A stretch of DNA of 40,115 bases from Bacteroides sp. (GTDB lineage Bacteria > Bacteroidota > Bacteroidia > Bacteroidales > Bacteroidaceae): positions 1-40,115 of the forward strand of contig DALZBD010000001.1 in the NCBI GenBank assembly GCA_031977515.1, given 5' to 3'. The position numbers were made by a program, and so were the translations under genes. Below the pieces are notes generated by a model, which was not told the DNA's origin, did not search any database, and saw only the letters and a program-made list of their open reading frames with translations. Shown here piece after piece: positions 1 through 9,068 of this stretch (positions are counted from its first letter, which is position 1; each line of letters begins with the position of its first letter).

Positions 1-30
1 TAAAATACGGCAATAAAGCAAATCCCAACG

Positions 31-273
31 TACGAGCGCCCCTATCATAATCATCTGAATGGATATAAAGACTGGGGACAATTGCCTCACGCTAAACAGT
101 GGATACTTTTTGAAAAGAACATAGGGATAGAAATTGTAACCATCTTCCATACCAAGGCTACAAATGTAACAACAGAAACCTGTAATACGGAAATCAAAGC
201 AGTTAGAAAACAATGCAGGGTAGTAAAAGATAGAGTATTCTTTCTCTTCAGACTATCCGGAATGTACGTATAA
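31..273 (+). pseudogene. Internally deleted ISL3-family transposase relic
   Basis: Frame +1 reads YERPYHNHLNGYKDWGQLPHAKQWILFEKNIG, resembling the N-terminal part of Bacteroidetes ISL3 transposases. It is joined directly to TNVTTETCNTEIKAVRKQCRVVKDRVFFLFRLSGMYV*, a degenerate version of their TNAxAExFNAKIKxFR...FFLFRL C-terminus. The catalytic core is missing. Confidence 0.7.
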
Positions 274-542
274 AAAGGAAACTTCCACTTTTTACAAGGA
301 TTCATGATCCGGTAATATGCTATTAAAACAGGAAGAAAGAGGTACATGAGTCAAAATTGTAAGCATACTAAAAATCAGCGGTTTAATTCTTTGTAAATAG
401 TCTTGAGTCACGATTTGACAAAAGCTTTTTTGAGCCCTAATTGGCTGCTACTGACCACTATCTGTCTGACTATCTCATAGGTTCAAATAGACAACATATT
501 TTCAAATATAACCATACTCTGAATATCAAATATTTATCTCTT

Positions 543-588
543 GTGCAAGGTGCAAGTTTATCTATATATAAATACTCGCACCTTGCAC
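543..588 (-). terminator. Hairpin just downstream of hipA
   Basis: GTGCAAGGTGC (543-553) and GCACCTTGCAC (578-588) form perfect 11-bp arms, 6 bp past the hipA stop. Confidence 0.5.
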
Positions 589-594
589 CCAATA

Positions 595-1848
595 CTACAC
601 CTTAATAAAGTCTGCTTTGATATTCTCAATTAACTTTTTATCAATTCCCAATTCCATTGCATAGGTGTCAAATTTTGTAACAGCATTAGCAACTGTGTCA
701 ATCAGGGCTTTGTAATCCTGTATATCATTATTCAGACCTACTATTTCCAAGTCTTCGCGCGTAATATCTTCATTCTTGCCATTCACTGTTATAGAGTGCC
801 TGTTAGAATAAGCAGGAGCAGTCATATCTACGCTATATGTTAAATCATAAGCAGGAGAAAGTCGCCATACTCCTTCACGGCTCATGCAAAACGAAAAGTT
901 TTTGGAATGGTCGTCTACGTTTCGGGCAATTACATTGAATACCATTCGCAGGTATTGTTGCTTACTATGTTCGTATGGCAAATTAAGCCGTCGGATTACT
1001 GCAAAAATATCCTCATAGCTATCGCTCATTGGTGACATGGCCGCCAGTGTTTGTGTATGTATCTTTTCATTTCCATTACGGTCAAATCGTTGAGTCAGGA
1101 AATGAGTAATACCTTCGTATGTTCTTAATTCCGACGGCATCATATCAATTCCTGCATCCAAAGCCATCAGATAATAAACATACTCCAATTTAGCAAAAGG
1201 ATAAGTAGAATTATCATCATATTTAAGAATATAATGCTGAAATCCTTCGGGAATTAATCCTTGTCCGGAAATAACTTCTCCTGTGTCTTTATTCAAGGCA
1301 ATAATTGCTTTCGGACGTTTACCTCCCGGCGATGAGCTTATCTTTACCAGGTCCTGCCACAGAATGGAGTTTTCCTGATTCAATACAGTGGCTTCCCGTT
1401 TGTTTAATACTTGTTTGGCAAATTCATATAACCCTTGTACATCAACCGAAAAAGCTAAGTTATCGCCTAACTTTTGTGCAGGCTCATATTCTAATGCACC
1501 CATGGCCCTGCTGCCAATAAACGAAAGGTGGCCTACAGGATTCGTTTTCTTTGTAGGAATATTATTGTCTCGCAACCATGCCTTAAAAAGGGAGTTTCCC
1601 CATTTATCAGGTAATGAATCAGCAATCATGGGAGGAAGTCCCTGATATAGTTTATCCTTATCACCTGTCCACGGCAGTTGTTTTTGACTGCGAGGCGAAT
1701 CTATGGACATAGTCAATGGTGCGATGTTTAATCCTTCTTCAAGAAAAGCAGGCTCGTATTCAAAAACAGAGACTCCACCTTTTTTGTCCCATGAAAGATA
1801 ACCTACATCAATCCCCCAGAGTTTTATCTTTACCACATTTGTCTCCAT
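595..1848 (-). CDS. hipA: HipA-family Ser/Thr kinase toxin (type II TA)
   Basis: 417 aa. N-terminal Couple_hipA-like region (DSLPDKWG, GALEYEP), P-loop SSPGGKRPK, RFDR, NVDDHSKNFS and LSPAYDL motifs. Confidence 0.93.
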   Translation of the reverse strand: METNVVKIKLWGIDVGYLSWDKKGGVSVFEYEPAFLEEGLNIAPLTMSIDSPRSQKQLPWTGDKDKLYQGLPPMIADSLPDKWGNSLFKAWLRDNNIPTKKTNPVGHLSFIGSRAMGALEYEPAQKLGDNLAFSVDVQGLYEFAKQVLNKREATVLNQENSILWQDLVKISSSPGGKRPKAIIALNKDTGEVISGQGLIPEGFQHYILKYDDNSTYPFAKLEYVYYLMALDAGIDMMPSELRTYEGITHFLTQRFDRNGNEKIHTQTLAAMSPMSDSYEDIFAVIRRLNLPYEHSKQQYLRMVFNVIARNVDDHSKNFSFCMSREGVWRLSPAYDLTYSVDMTAPAYSNRHSITVNGKNEDITREDLEIVGLNNDIQDYKALIDTVANAVTKFDTYAMELGIDKKLIENIKADFIKV

Positions 1849-1851
1849 AAA

Positions 1852-2142
1852 TTATTTTTTGCTTTGTTTTTTGAATAATGCGCGTGGACTCTCCGGCAAC
1901 TCCGGCAATAGTTTCTCTATTTCGTCTAAACTATCAATTGCCCGAAGTAACCTGATAAACGAAGCCAGTGTGATTCCTGTGGAAGAGCCGTTCTCAAAAG
2001 AACTTATGGTAAATACGCTCAACCCCGATTTTTCGGCAACTTCTTTCTGCGTATATCCCATCCTTTTCCGATAATCGCTATATTTCTTCCCAAGCTCCCG
2101 GATTATATCACTTCCTGATTTCTCGTATAATTCGCTAAACAT
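1852..2142 (-). CDS. XRE-family HTH protein, HipB-like antitoxin
   Basis: 96 aa with an HTH (RKRMGYTQKEVAEKSGLSVFTISSFENG), 3 bp upstream of hipA on the same strand. Confidence 0.88.
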   Translation of the reverse strand: MFSELYEKSGSDIIRELGKKYSDYRKRMGYTQKEVAEKSGLSVFTISSFENGSSTGITLASFIRLLRAIDSLDEIEKLLPELPESPRALFKKQSKK

Positions 2143-2157
2143 ATCTTCTTTTTATTG

Positions 2158-2217
2158 CAAATATAGATAAATCTATAATTAAAAGCAAATTTGCAAGAAA
2201 ATATAGTTATATCTATT
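2158..2217 (-). promoter_or_regulatory. hipBA promoter with two operator-like repeats
   Basis: The -7 element TATATTTG (minus strand, 2158-2165) overlaps the palindrome TATAGAT-AA-ATCTATA (2162-2177). A second copy lies 40 bp away (2159-2176 vs 2199-2216, 16/18 identical). Confidence 0.65.
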
Positions 2218-2385
2218 TTTTGCATTAGAGTTAATCTTAAGAGGTTTTGGTGTTAGTTCAAATTACCACGGAAAAAGCATTTTCGATAAAATCCTGTTCC
2301 AAATATTACCATATTTTGCCACATGGAGACAGATAGTAGCAGACGGTTAAAAAGTCTGGATAAGATGCTGATTAACAGCACAAAA

Positions 2386-2423
2386 AAAAGGAAAGTTGTT
2401 AATAATGAACAACTTTCCTTTTT
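2386..2423 (-). terminator. Intrinsic terminator of tRNA-Ser
   Basis: AAAGGAAAGTTGTT / AACAACTTTCCTTT stem with a T-run on the minus strand, directly after the tRNA 3' end. Confidence 0.8.
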
Positions 2424-2431
2424 AATGTCTG

Positions 2432-2516
2432 CGGAGAGGGAGGGATTCGAACCCCCGGTACCTCGCAGTACAACGGTTTTCAAGACCGCCGCAATCGACC
2501 ACTCTGCCACCTCTCC
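2432..2516 (-). tRNA. tRNA-Ser(TGA)
   Basis: Reverse complement GGAGAGGTGGCAGAGTGG...GCGGT-CT-TGA-AA-ACCGT, long variable arm, GGTTCGAATCC...CTCTCCG. An upstream -7 element TACCTTTG lies at 2600-2607. Confidence 0.97.
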
Positions 2517-2890
2517 AATCCTTCGTCAGGGAAGGTCTTTTTCAGCATGGGATACTTACACATCTCTGTTTTTCGTACCGTATTGCCTCGAAAGCGGTGC
2601 AAAGGTACGAATGATTTTTAATTCTCCAAACATTCCGCATACTTTTTCCATAAGAATTTCTTAATTTTGTATCCTGTTTGAAAGTTATCCACAACCAGAA
2701 ACAATTTAGCCAACTGACTGTAAAGGATATAGGAGCATGGCTGTTTCAGATAAAAAAATCAGTAAAAGAACAGATCGTCTGAGGCAGGTAATCCTGAAAA
2801 CAATTTGTGAAAGATGCATCACGATTGTATGAAAGGAGAACAGTACAAAAAGAATTTTCAGACCTATTACCAACAAAGAAGAAAAAAGAA

Positions 2891-5389
2891 ATGATATATC
2901 CGCAAAACTTCGAACAAAAGATCGGCTTCGACCAGATACGCCAACTGCTCAAAGGCCATTCCCTGAGCCCACTCGGCATAGAGCGTGTGGAGAAGATGGA
3001 ATTCTCGACCGATTTTACTACGATCAACGAGCAACTCGATCAGATAGATGAATTTATCCGTATCCTGCAGGAAGAGGAGAATTTTCCCGATCAGTACTTT
3101 TTCGATGTACGTCCTGCCCTGAAACGCATACGGGTAGAGGGTATATATCTCGATGAAGGAGAGCTTTTCGACTTGGTCCGATCACTGGAGACGATACGTG
3201 ATATTGTACGTTTTCTGCATCGTACAGATGAGGAAGAGGGAGAAAACTCCTACCCTGTGCTGAGCCAACTGGCAGGAGATACAACTGTATTTCCTCAACT
3301 GATCACACGTATACACGCCATTGTAGACAAGTATGGGAAAGTAAAAGACAATGCCTCTACTGGATTATCTCGCATACGCCGGGATCTGGCAGGAACGATG
3401 AACAGCATCTCCCGTTCGCTCCACAGTATCCTGCGCAGTGCGCAATCGGAAGGATATGTAGACAAAGATGTCACTCCTACCATGCGCGACGGTCGCCTCG
3501 TGATCCCTGTGGCACCTGCCCTGAAACGAAAGATCAAAGGGATCGTGCACGACGAATCGGCCAGTGGAAAAACGGTATTTATCGAACCTGCCGAAGTGGT
3601 AGAAGCCAACAACCGTATCCGGGAACTGGAAAGCGAAGAGCGCCGGGAAATCATCCGTATCCTGACAGAGTTTTCCCAGGCCCTGCGTCCTTCTATCCCA
3701 GACGTGTTGCAATCTTACGAGTTCCTGGCAGAAATCGACTTTATACGTGCCAAAAGCTACTTTGCACTGCGCGTCAAAGCCATTCGCCCGATACTGGAAG
3801 ACAAACAATTGCTCGACTGGACACAAGCGATACATCCGCTGTTACAGATCTCTCTGGAGCGACATGGGAAGACAGTTGTGCCCCTGGATATTGAACTGAA
3901 TGATCAGCAACGCATTCTGATCATCTCCGGGCCTAATGCGGGAGGAAAATCGGTCTGTCTGAAAACAGTGGGCCTGTTGCAGTATATGCTTCAGTGCGGA
4001 TTACTGATACCTATTCACGAGAGAAGCCGAACGGGTATCTTCGCAGATATATTTATTGATATCGGTGACGAGCAGTCGATCGAAGATGACCTGAGTACTT
4101 ACTCTTCGCATCTGACCAATATGAAGATGATGATGAGACATTGTGGTCATCAGAGTCTGATCCTGATTGATGAATTCGGAGGAGGTACCGAGCCTCAGAT
4201 CGGTGGAGCTATAGCAGAAGCTGTATTGAAACGCTTCAATGATAAAAAAACATTCGGAGTCATCACTACCCACTATCAGAATCTGAAACATTTTGCCGAG
4301 GATCACGAAGGGGTGATCAATGGTGCCATGCTTTACGACCGACATCAGATGCAGGCATTGTATCAGTTACAGATCGGTAATCCGGGGAGTTCATTCGCTG
4401 TAGAGATCGCCCGGAAGATCGGACTCCCGGAGGAGGTCATTGCAGATGCATCGGAGATTGTAGGCAGTGAATACATCAATGCGGATAAATACCTGCAGGA
4501 TATTGTGCGGGACAAACGTTACTGGGAAAATAAACGTCAGAACATTCGCCAACGTGAGAAGCAGATGGAAGAGACGATTGCCCGATATGAGAAAGAGATT
4601 GCCGAACTGCATCAATCGCGCAAAGAAATACTCAAAAAAGCCAAAGATGAAGCCGAACAATTGATCAGCGACTCCAATGCACGTATCGAGAATACGATAC
4701 GTACCATCAAAGAGGCACAGGCCGATCGGGAAAAGACCCGACTGGCGCGGCAGGAACTGACAGACTTCAGAGCATCCGTGGAAGCAATAACGACTCAGGA
4801 GAAAGAAGACAAGATCTCCCGGAAGATGGAGAAACTCCGCGAGAAGCAGGAACGTCGCAAAGATAAGAAAAAGCAATCTCCTTCCGGAGAAGGATCTTCC
4901 CCTGTCAAAACTGACAAACCGGCACCGCTCGCAGTAGGCAGCCTGGTAAAGATCAAAGGACAGAGTGCTACAGGTGAGATCCTGGAGATGAATGGAAAGA
5001 ATGCGACTGTGGCATTTGGCAGTCTGAAAACTATGGTGCGGACAGACCGCCTGGAACGCAGCAATGCTGTTCCGAAGAAAGAGCCTGCAAAAGCGACTTT
5101 CGTCAGTACACAGACTCAGGATCAGATGTATCAGAAGAAGCTCAACTTCAGACAGGATATTGATGTACGAGGTATGCGTGGTGACGAGGCACTGCAGGCG
5201 ATCACCTATTTTGTAGATGAAGCCATCTTAGTGGGTATGGATCGGGTACGCATCCTGCACGGAACGGGAACGGGAATTCTGCGAACACTGATCCGGCAGT
5301 ATCTGGAGACAGTACCGGGAATCCGTCGTTTTGCGGATGAACATGTACAGTTTGGAGGAGCAGGAATCACTGTGGTAGATCTGGCCTAA
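2891..5389 (+). CDS. mutS2: Endonuclease MutS2 (MutS ATPase plus Smr domain)
   Basis: Walker A SGPNAGGKS, LIDEFGGGTEP, coiled coil, C-terminal Smr (DVRGMR...ILHGTGTG...GGAGITVV). Likely start is MIYPQNFE at 2891. Confidence 0.95.
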   Translation: MIYPQNFEQKIGFDQIRQLLKGHSLSPLGIERVEKMEFSTDFTTINEQLDQIDEFIRILQEEENFPDQYFFDVRPALKRIRVEGIYLDEGELFDLVRSLETIRDIVRFLHRTDEEEGENSYPVLSQLAGDTTVFPQLITRIHAIVDKYGKVKDNASTGLSRIRRDLAGTMNSISRSLHSILRSAQSEGYVDKDVTPTMRDGRLVIPVAPALKRKIKGIVHDESASGKTVFIEPAEVVEANNRIRELESEERREIIRILTEFSQALRPSIPDVLQSYEFLAEIDFIRAKSYFALRVKAIRPILEDKQLLDWTQAIHPLLQISLERHGKTVVPLDIELNDQQRILIISGPNAGGKSVCLKTVGLLQYMLQCGLLIPIHERSRTGIFADIFIDIGDEQSIEDDLSTYSSHLTNMKMMMRHCGHQSLILIDEFGGGTEPQIGGAIAEAVLKRFNDKKTFGVITTHYQNLKHFAEDHEGVINGAMLYDRHQMQALYQLQIGNPGSSFAVEIARKIGLPEEVIADASEIVGSEYINADKYLQDIVRDKRYWENKRQNIRQREKQMEETIARYEKEIAELHQSRKEILKKAKDEAEQLISDSNARIENTIRTIKEAQADREKTRLARQELTDFRASVEAITTQEKEDKISRKMEKLREKQERRKDKKKQSPSGEGSSPVKTDKPAPLAVGSLVKIKGQSATGEILEMNGKNATVAFGSLKTMVRTDRLERSNAVPKKEPAKATFVSTQTQDQMYQKKLNFRQDIDVRGMRGDEALQAITYFVDEAILVGMDRVRILHGTGTGILRTLIRQYLETVPGIRRFADEHVQFGGAGITVVDLA

Positions 5390-5497
5390 TAAGCCAGAGA
5401 ATACAAAACTGGTATTCTCGACAAACAATACGGGGCAAAACTGTGTTCTCATTCGAAGATCCGTCTCTACTGAACAGAGAGAATGCAGCCTGCCCGT

Positions 5498-6538
5498 ATG
5501 AAGAATAATCTTATCAATGAAAACCTGTCGTATATGGGTGAGAGTACCACTCCTACCCATTTTTACCTGTATACATACACCATCACAGATGTGCAGGAAG
5601 CAAATGCTGAAGAGTTTTCCGATATTGTCCCCAAACTAAAAACAGATCATATCAACTTCTTACAAGTGAGAGGTCTGGAAAATGCACAGGCTATCCGGGA
5701 ACTGTGTACTCATTTCGAAATAGATTACCTGACATTGCAGGATATTCTCAATGCCAACCAGCCGACCAAGATCGAAGAACATGAAGAGTATACCGTACTG
5801 ATCATGAAAATTTTCTATCTTCACGATCTCAATGACGAAAATATGGAGCAGCAACAGGTTTGCCTGATCCTGGGCAAGAACTATGTGCTGACCTTCCTCG
5901 AACGAGCCGATGATTTTTTCAGTGATGTTACTTCAGCTATCCTGCACAACGTACTGAAAATCCGGGAGCGTCAGCCGGACTATTTATTGAGCGTATTACT
6001 CAATAGTATTATGGGCAATTATGGCCTTCTGGTCAATACAATAGACGACGCGCTGGAAGATCTGGAAGAGGAACTATTGACCATCCATAGCAACAGGGAC
6101 ATAGGGATACGTATTCAACGGCTCCGCCGACATTATATGACCATCAAACGTTCGATCCTCCCTCTGAAAGAACAATATGCCAAGCTTTTCCGATTACTTA
6201 ACGGTACTATCCACAGGGTGAATCGGGCCTACTACAACGATGTAAATGACCACCTGCAACTGATTCTGCAAACTATTGAGATCTGCCGGGAAACATTGTC
6301 TTCTCTCGTAGACCTGTATATATCAAATAATGATCTCAGAATGAACGATATCATGAAGAGACTCACTGTGGTTTCGACCATATTCATCCCATTGACTTTT
6401 CTGGCTGGTGTATGGGGAATGAATTTTGAGAATATGCCTGAGTTAAGCTGGAAATATGGCTACATTTTTGCTTGGGTAGTAATGATAGCAACGGCTTTTA
6501 TCGTATCTTTGTATTTCCGGAAAAAGAAATGGAATTAA
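5498..6538 (+). CDS. corA: Magnesium/cobalt transporter CorA
   Basis: GMN signature (GVWGMNFENMPEL) between two C-terminal TM helices. Start is ATG 5498 or 5483. Confidence 0.93.
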   Translation: MKNNLINENLSYMGESTTPTHFYLYTYTITDVQEANAEEFSDIVPKLKTDHINFLQVRGLENAQAIRELCTHFEIDYLTLQDILNANQPTKIEEHEEYTVLIMKIFYLHDLNDENMEQQQVCLILGKNYVLTFLERADDFFSDVTSAILHNVLKIRERQPDYLLSVLLNSIMGNYGLLVNTIDDALEDLEEELLTIHSNRDIGIRIQRLRRHYMTIKRSILPLKEQYAKLFRLLNGTIHRVNRAYYNDVNDHLQLILQTIEICRETLSSLVDLYISNNDLRMNDIMKRLTVVSTIFIPLTFLAGVWGMNFENMPELSWKYGYIFAWVVMIATAFIVSLYFRKKKWN

Positions 6539-6603
6539 TCAGATACCTGCTTTTCTTCATATTTCTGTTTTTATTTCGGACAACCACATAACCTTCCGAA
6601 AAT

Positions 6604-7812
6604 ATGAAGTCGATCAAACAACTTTACCGCATAGGTACCGGTCCGTCGAGTAGCCATACAATGGGACCTCGCAAAGCTGCCGAACTTTTTCTGGATCGTC
6701 ATCCCGACGCATATGCCTTTCGCGTCACTTTGTATGGTAGCCTGGCTGCTACCGGTAAAGGGCACATGACGGATGTGGCCATCCTGGAGGCCCTGCAACC
6801 CGTGGCTCCGGTAGCACTGGTGTGGGAGCCCAAAATCTTCCTCCCTTTTCATCCGAATGGTATGAAATTCGAAGCACTGGACACAAACGGCAGTTCTTCG
6901 GAAAGTTGGACTGTATACAGTATCGGAGGAGGTGCGCTGGCAGAAGAGGGAGCAATACCTACCCTGTCGGAGCCGGATATTTACGGGATGAACAGCATGA
7001 CAGAAATTCTTGCATGGTGCGAACATTCCGGAAAGACTTATTGGGAATATGTAAAAGAGTGCGAAGACCCAGATATCTGGGACTATCTGGCAACTGTATG
7101 GGATACGATGAAAGAGGCGGTACGCCAGGGACTGGAAGAAGAAGGTGTATTGCCCGGCCCTCTCAACCTGAGAAGGAAAGCGTCGACCTATTACATCCGT
7201 GCCAGCGGATACAAAGATTCTCTGCGCTCACGCGGTCTGGTGTTTTCGTATGCACTGGCAGTGAGCGAACAGAATGCCTCGGGAGGAAAGATTGTCACTG
7301 CTCCCACCTGCGGGTCCTGTGGAGTGGTACCGGCAGTACTCTATCACCTGCAGAAAAGCCGTGACTTTAGTGACCTGCGTATACTGCGAGCACTGGCCAC
7401 TGCCGGACTAATCGGTAATATCGTAAAACACAATGCTTCCATATCCGGTGCGGAGGTAGGTTGTCAGGGAGAGGTAGGCGTGGCATGTGCCATGGCTTCG
7501 GCGGCGGCCAATCAACTTTTCGGAGGCAGTCCCGCTCAGATCGAATATGCGGCAGAAATGGGACTGGAGCATCACTTAGGCATGACTTGTGATCCGGTAT
7601 GCGGACTGGTACAGATCCCCTGCATTGAACGGAATGCCTATGCTGCCGCACGTGCGTTAGATGCCAATTTATATTCGTCCTTCACCGATGGAGTACACCG
7701 GGTATCGTTTGACAAGGTAGTTGCAGTGATGAAACAGACCGGTCACGATCTGCCGTCACTTTACAAAGAGACCAGTGAAGGCGGCCTGGCCAAGGATTAC
7801 GAACAGATGTAA
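6604..7812 (+). CDS. sdaA: Fe-S-dependent L-serine ammonia-lyase, single-chain form
   Basis: GPSSSHTMGP, TAPTCGSCG, GCQGEVG and CDPVCGLVQIPCIERN motifs. Confidence 0.94.
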   Translation: MKSIKQLYRIGTGPSSSHTMGPRKAAELFLDRHPDAYAFRVTLYGSLAATGKGHMTDVAILEALQPVAPVALVWEPKIFLPFHPNGMKFEALDTNGSSSESWTVYSIGGGALAEEGAIPTLSEPDIYGMNSMTEILAWCEHSGKTYWEYVKECEDPDIWDYLATVWDTMKEAVRQGLEEEGVLPGPLNLRRKASTYYIRASGYKDSLRSRGLVFSYALAVSEQNASGGKIVTAPTCGSCGVVPAVLYHLQKSRDFSDLRILRALATAGLIGNIVKHNASISGAEVGCQGEVGVACAMASAAANQLFGGSPAQIEYAAEMGLEHHLGMTCDPVCGLVQIPCIERNAYAAARALDANLYSSFTDGVHRVSFDKVVAVMKQTGHDLPSLYKETSEGGLAKDYEQM

Positions 7813-7828
7813 AAGGATTTATCCATTT

Positions 7829-7861
7829 ACGAACCAACGGCGGACGAAGTCAATTAGGATT
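7829..7861 (+). repeat. 33-bp post-stop-codon motif, copy 1
   Basis: ACGAACCAACGGCGGACGAAGTCAATTAGGATT, 27/33 identical to 16832-16864. Confidence 0.75.
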
Positions 7862-7911
7862 AAAAAGACAGGGATACCTGCCAAAGATTTAAGATCCAAA
7901 AAAGATAATAT

Positions 7912-8009
7912 AGACCGAGACTCTCTCAAAGGTTCCTGAAATGACACCCTTGCTACAATATGCTGTAACAAGGGTGTCATTTCAGTAACTTTTAAGAGCG
8001 TCCCGGTCT
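7912..8009. repeat. Long imperfect palindrome (MITE-like or bidirectional terminator)
   Basis: 46-bp arms, 40/46 complementary, 6-nt loop, between the convergent sdaA and PepSY-like genes. Confidence 0.85.
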
Positions 8010-8051
8010 GTAAGGAAGCCCTCTCTCCACTGAGAAACGATACAGGCTCTC

Positions 8052-8489
8052 TTAATCCTCCAGTTTCCGGAAATGGCCGTCTGTAGTAAATTTCAACGTA
8101 AGATCGTTGTTGAGTTCCACTTCATATCCATTACTCTTTTTCTCAATCTTAGTAATATACTCTGTGCTGAAATTCTGTTGCACATAATTTCTTGCATTTG
8201 CAGGAAGCATAGTAGATGGTATTTCACGGCTTTCTCCATCGATCTCTTTCCATTCGCCGTCCCGGTTAAATTCAATCTTCACCCCATTGGTGAATACAAC
8301 ATCAAATCCCCTCTTGAGCATCATCTCTTTATCGATCTTGATATAAGACAGTTCATGGTTGGAAAAATGCTCCCTGATAAAGGTACGGGCTTTCTCCGGT
8401 AACTGGTTTATATCTTTAGTCACATCGTCTGCATGCACAAAGACTAATCCCACAAAAAGAAATGTTATAAATACAACTACTTTTCTCAT
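8052..8489 (-). CDS. Periplasmic PepSY-like (BLIP-like) domain protein
   Basis: Signal peptide followed by two repeats (QLPEKARTFI...IEFNRDGEW and LPANARNYV...YEVELNNDLTLKF). Confidence 0.85.
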   Translation of the reverse strand: MRKVVVFITFLFVGLVFVHADDVTKDINQLPEKARTFIREHFSNHELSYIKIDKEMMLKRGFDVVFTNGVKIEFNRDGEWKEIDGESREIPSTMLPANARNYVQQNFSTEYITKIEKKSNGYEVELNNDLTLKFTTDGHFRKLED

Positions 8490-9068
8490 AATTGTCTGGT
8501 TTTTGGTTTATACTTTTCTTGTTTCTAAATCATTGGTATCCTAAATAACAGAAAAAGCTGTGAAATACTTTTCAGAGAAATAAGGCTTAAGTATATTTAA
8601 CTCTGCTTAAAAGAGGCATAACTATATATATTATCTATCTTTTTTGCGGACAAAAACGACATAAACAACCTCTTTAGACAAGGCTGTTTTCGGCTTTCAG
8701 CAACTTCTACATACCATATAAATAGCCATTTAACTACTGGTCGAATGTCAGCTTTGTTCCAATTTTCTTCCTTCCTGTCAAACAAAAGATAACCTTAACT
8801 AATACAAAATAAATTTTCTTTCCATAGCACTTTTAACCTTGAATTTACAAACTTTCTACAAACTCCTGCGTTATAACAAAAAATTTTAGTTAAGACCGGC
8901 AAAGACAACTCTGTTCTGTAGAGATGTTTCGGGGTAAACAAAAATCTCATTCCGGGAAAGAATTCCCATAGAATAAAAGTCCGGTCAGAGAATCGGTACA
9001 CAACAGCCTGTAACAGCAATAAAAATATAAGACTCTAAATGATCAATAACTAACTTAAAGTTTAAATT

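Noticed and set aside
87..347. 86-aa minus-strand ORF
   Set aside because: Antisense to the transposase relic and has no recognisable motifs.
358..537. CTAAAAATCAG and CTGAATATCAA motifs resembling tyrosine-recombinase sites
   Set aside because: Too short and degenerate in AT-rich DNA. No integrase or duplicated tRNA-Ser end was found in 1-2400.
2253..2664. ORFs overlapping tRNA-Ser
   Set aside because: They are translations of the tRNA sequence and its flanks.
2685..2693. Perfect DnaA box TTATCCACA as a possible oriC
   Set aside because: Single box with no cluster, unwinding element or origin-linked genes.
8490..9068. Invertible promoter upstream of mfa1
   Set aside because: Only a 9-bp AT-rich inverted match (CTTAACTAA) was seen, which is expected by chance; no invertase is nearby.
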